Source of the DNA: Patescibacteria group bacterium | GTDB taxonomy: Bacteria; Patescibacteriota; UBA1384; XYA2-FULL-43-10; 1-14-0-10-43-13 | DNA length: 64,000 bases | Direction: 5' to 3' | Assembly (NCBI GenBank): GCA_041649155.1 | Contig: JBAZNP010000001.1 | Location: 430,564 to 494,563 of the forward strand | Shown here: positions 63,116 through 64,000 of the stretch, one piece after another | Layout: each line of letters begins with the position of its first letter | Numbering within the stretch: position 1 is the first letter of the stretch | Notes under the pieces: generated by a model | What the model was told of the DNA's origin: nothing | Seen by the model: only the letters and a program-made list of their open reading frames with translations | Database searches by the model: none | Program-made: the position numbers and the translations under genes

Positions 63116-63433
63116 TTGTTATGCATGAGGAAAGGCAAACTTTTTGTTGCGAATTCGCGACTAGTTCTGATTGTTGTAATATCGCCGTTAAGCATTCCTT
63201 ATGTTATTAACGGAATGCTTAAGAAGGAGAAATTGACTGTGCGGGAAAAAATTGTCTTTTTTTCTCTTCTAACCATCTACATTGGCTCCTGCTATGTAAC
63301 TAATTTGGCAGGATGTTCCGCGGCAAAGGTGTTTGAAGCGGCATTTACATGTTTCCTTGTTGGTGGGCTTGCGCAGGAATTCTACGAGGCGATTGGGAGC
63401 CACAGGGATTGCCAAGAGAGGGATGAAAATTGA
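63116..63433 (+). CDS. Hypothetical membrane protein
   Basis: About 3 hydrophobic segments; overlaps next gene start. Confidence 0.55.
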   Translation: MLCMRKGKLFVANSRLVLIVVISPLSIPYVINGMLKKEKLTVREKIVFFSLLTIYIGSCYVTNLAGCSAAKVFEAAFTCFLVGGLAQEFYEAIGSHRDCQERDEN

Positions 63434-63969
63434 GACGAATTTGTCCGAGTATTTGCATCGACGATATCTTCTTAATTAACTATCTGTCGCTTTGGAAACA
63501 GGACTATAGACTGCTCGTCTTCGATATTGATCATACTTTGCTGCCATGTGGCTTAAGACGATTATCAGTGAGGGCGAGAAGGAAACTTCGAGAGCTTCAT
63601 GAAATGGGGTTTCAGATTGCTTTTTTGACCAATACGGTTGTTCCATGGCGGCAAAAAAGAGCAAGAGAGATTGCTGCCTCGGCCAAAATTAGGAGTATAG
63701 TCCTTGTCTGTTGTAATGGCTTTCATTGTAAGCCGCGCCGATGGGGATTTGATGAAGTATGTGGGGTCTCTGGGATATCGCCTAATAAGGCGGTAATGAT
63801 AGGAGATATGCTGTGGCGCGATATCGAAGGAGCCCAGAAAGCAGGTTACGGTTGTACTATCCTTGTTAGGCCACATGGACCGGACAATATCTTTATTCGA
63901 CGTTGCCGGCGCAAAGAGCTGGAGATAAAGAATTGGCTCAAAGAGATCGGGTTGTTACGTTCATGGTAG
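63430..63969 (+). CDS. YqeG-like HAD IIIA phosphatase
   Basis: FDIDHTL, LTN, KP, MIGD...DI.GA. Confidence 0.88.
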   Translation: MRRICPSICIDDIFLINYLSLWKQDYRLLVFDIDHTLLPCGLRRLSVRARRKLRELHEMGFQIAFLTNTVVPWRQKRAREIAASAKIRSIVLVCCNGFHCKPRRWGFDEVCGVSGISPNKAVMIGDMLWRDIEGAQKAGYGCTILVRPHGPDNIFIRRCRRKELEIKNWLKEIGLLRSW

Positions 63970-64000
63970 TGGTATCAAGTTTTGGTGCCACTATATTTTT

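Overview
AT-rich chromosomal segment using the standard code (TGA is a stop). Gene content points to a Patescibacteria/CPR bacterium, possibly Berkelbacteria-like; this is inference. Housekeeping genes: dnaX, dnaB, pcrA, rsmA, rsmI, radC, metG, tatD, iscS-iscU, folD, mnmA, recG, miaA, glmS, a full F1Fo atp operon, secG and five tRNAs. Pilus/competence genes: a PilB-type ATPase, comEA, comM and a PilGHI-like ABC set, plus a 2745-aa surface protein. The main unexplained signal is a pervasive short-repeat system. Degenerate 7-8-nt tandem repeats form pairs of inverted arms enclosing nothing, GC-rich palindromes, conserved protein motifs or whole genes, including an Avd-like four-helix-bundle gene inside the atp operon. 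These arms, TGTCAT..ATGACA palindromes and BoxC/PIT-like triplex motifs fill intergenic gaps and are also translated in frame inside at least 11 conserved genes. Other highlights: an unrecognised ~470-nt structured ncRNA candidate with consensus promoter and terminator, an HU-domain/PilB fusion, a variant c-di-GMP-I (GEMM) riboswitch, an HTH-NRAMP fusion and a hairpin that captures the tRNA-Gly 3' end. All calls are by eye; no searches or folding were run.
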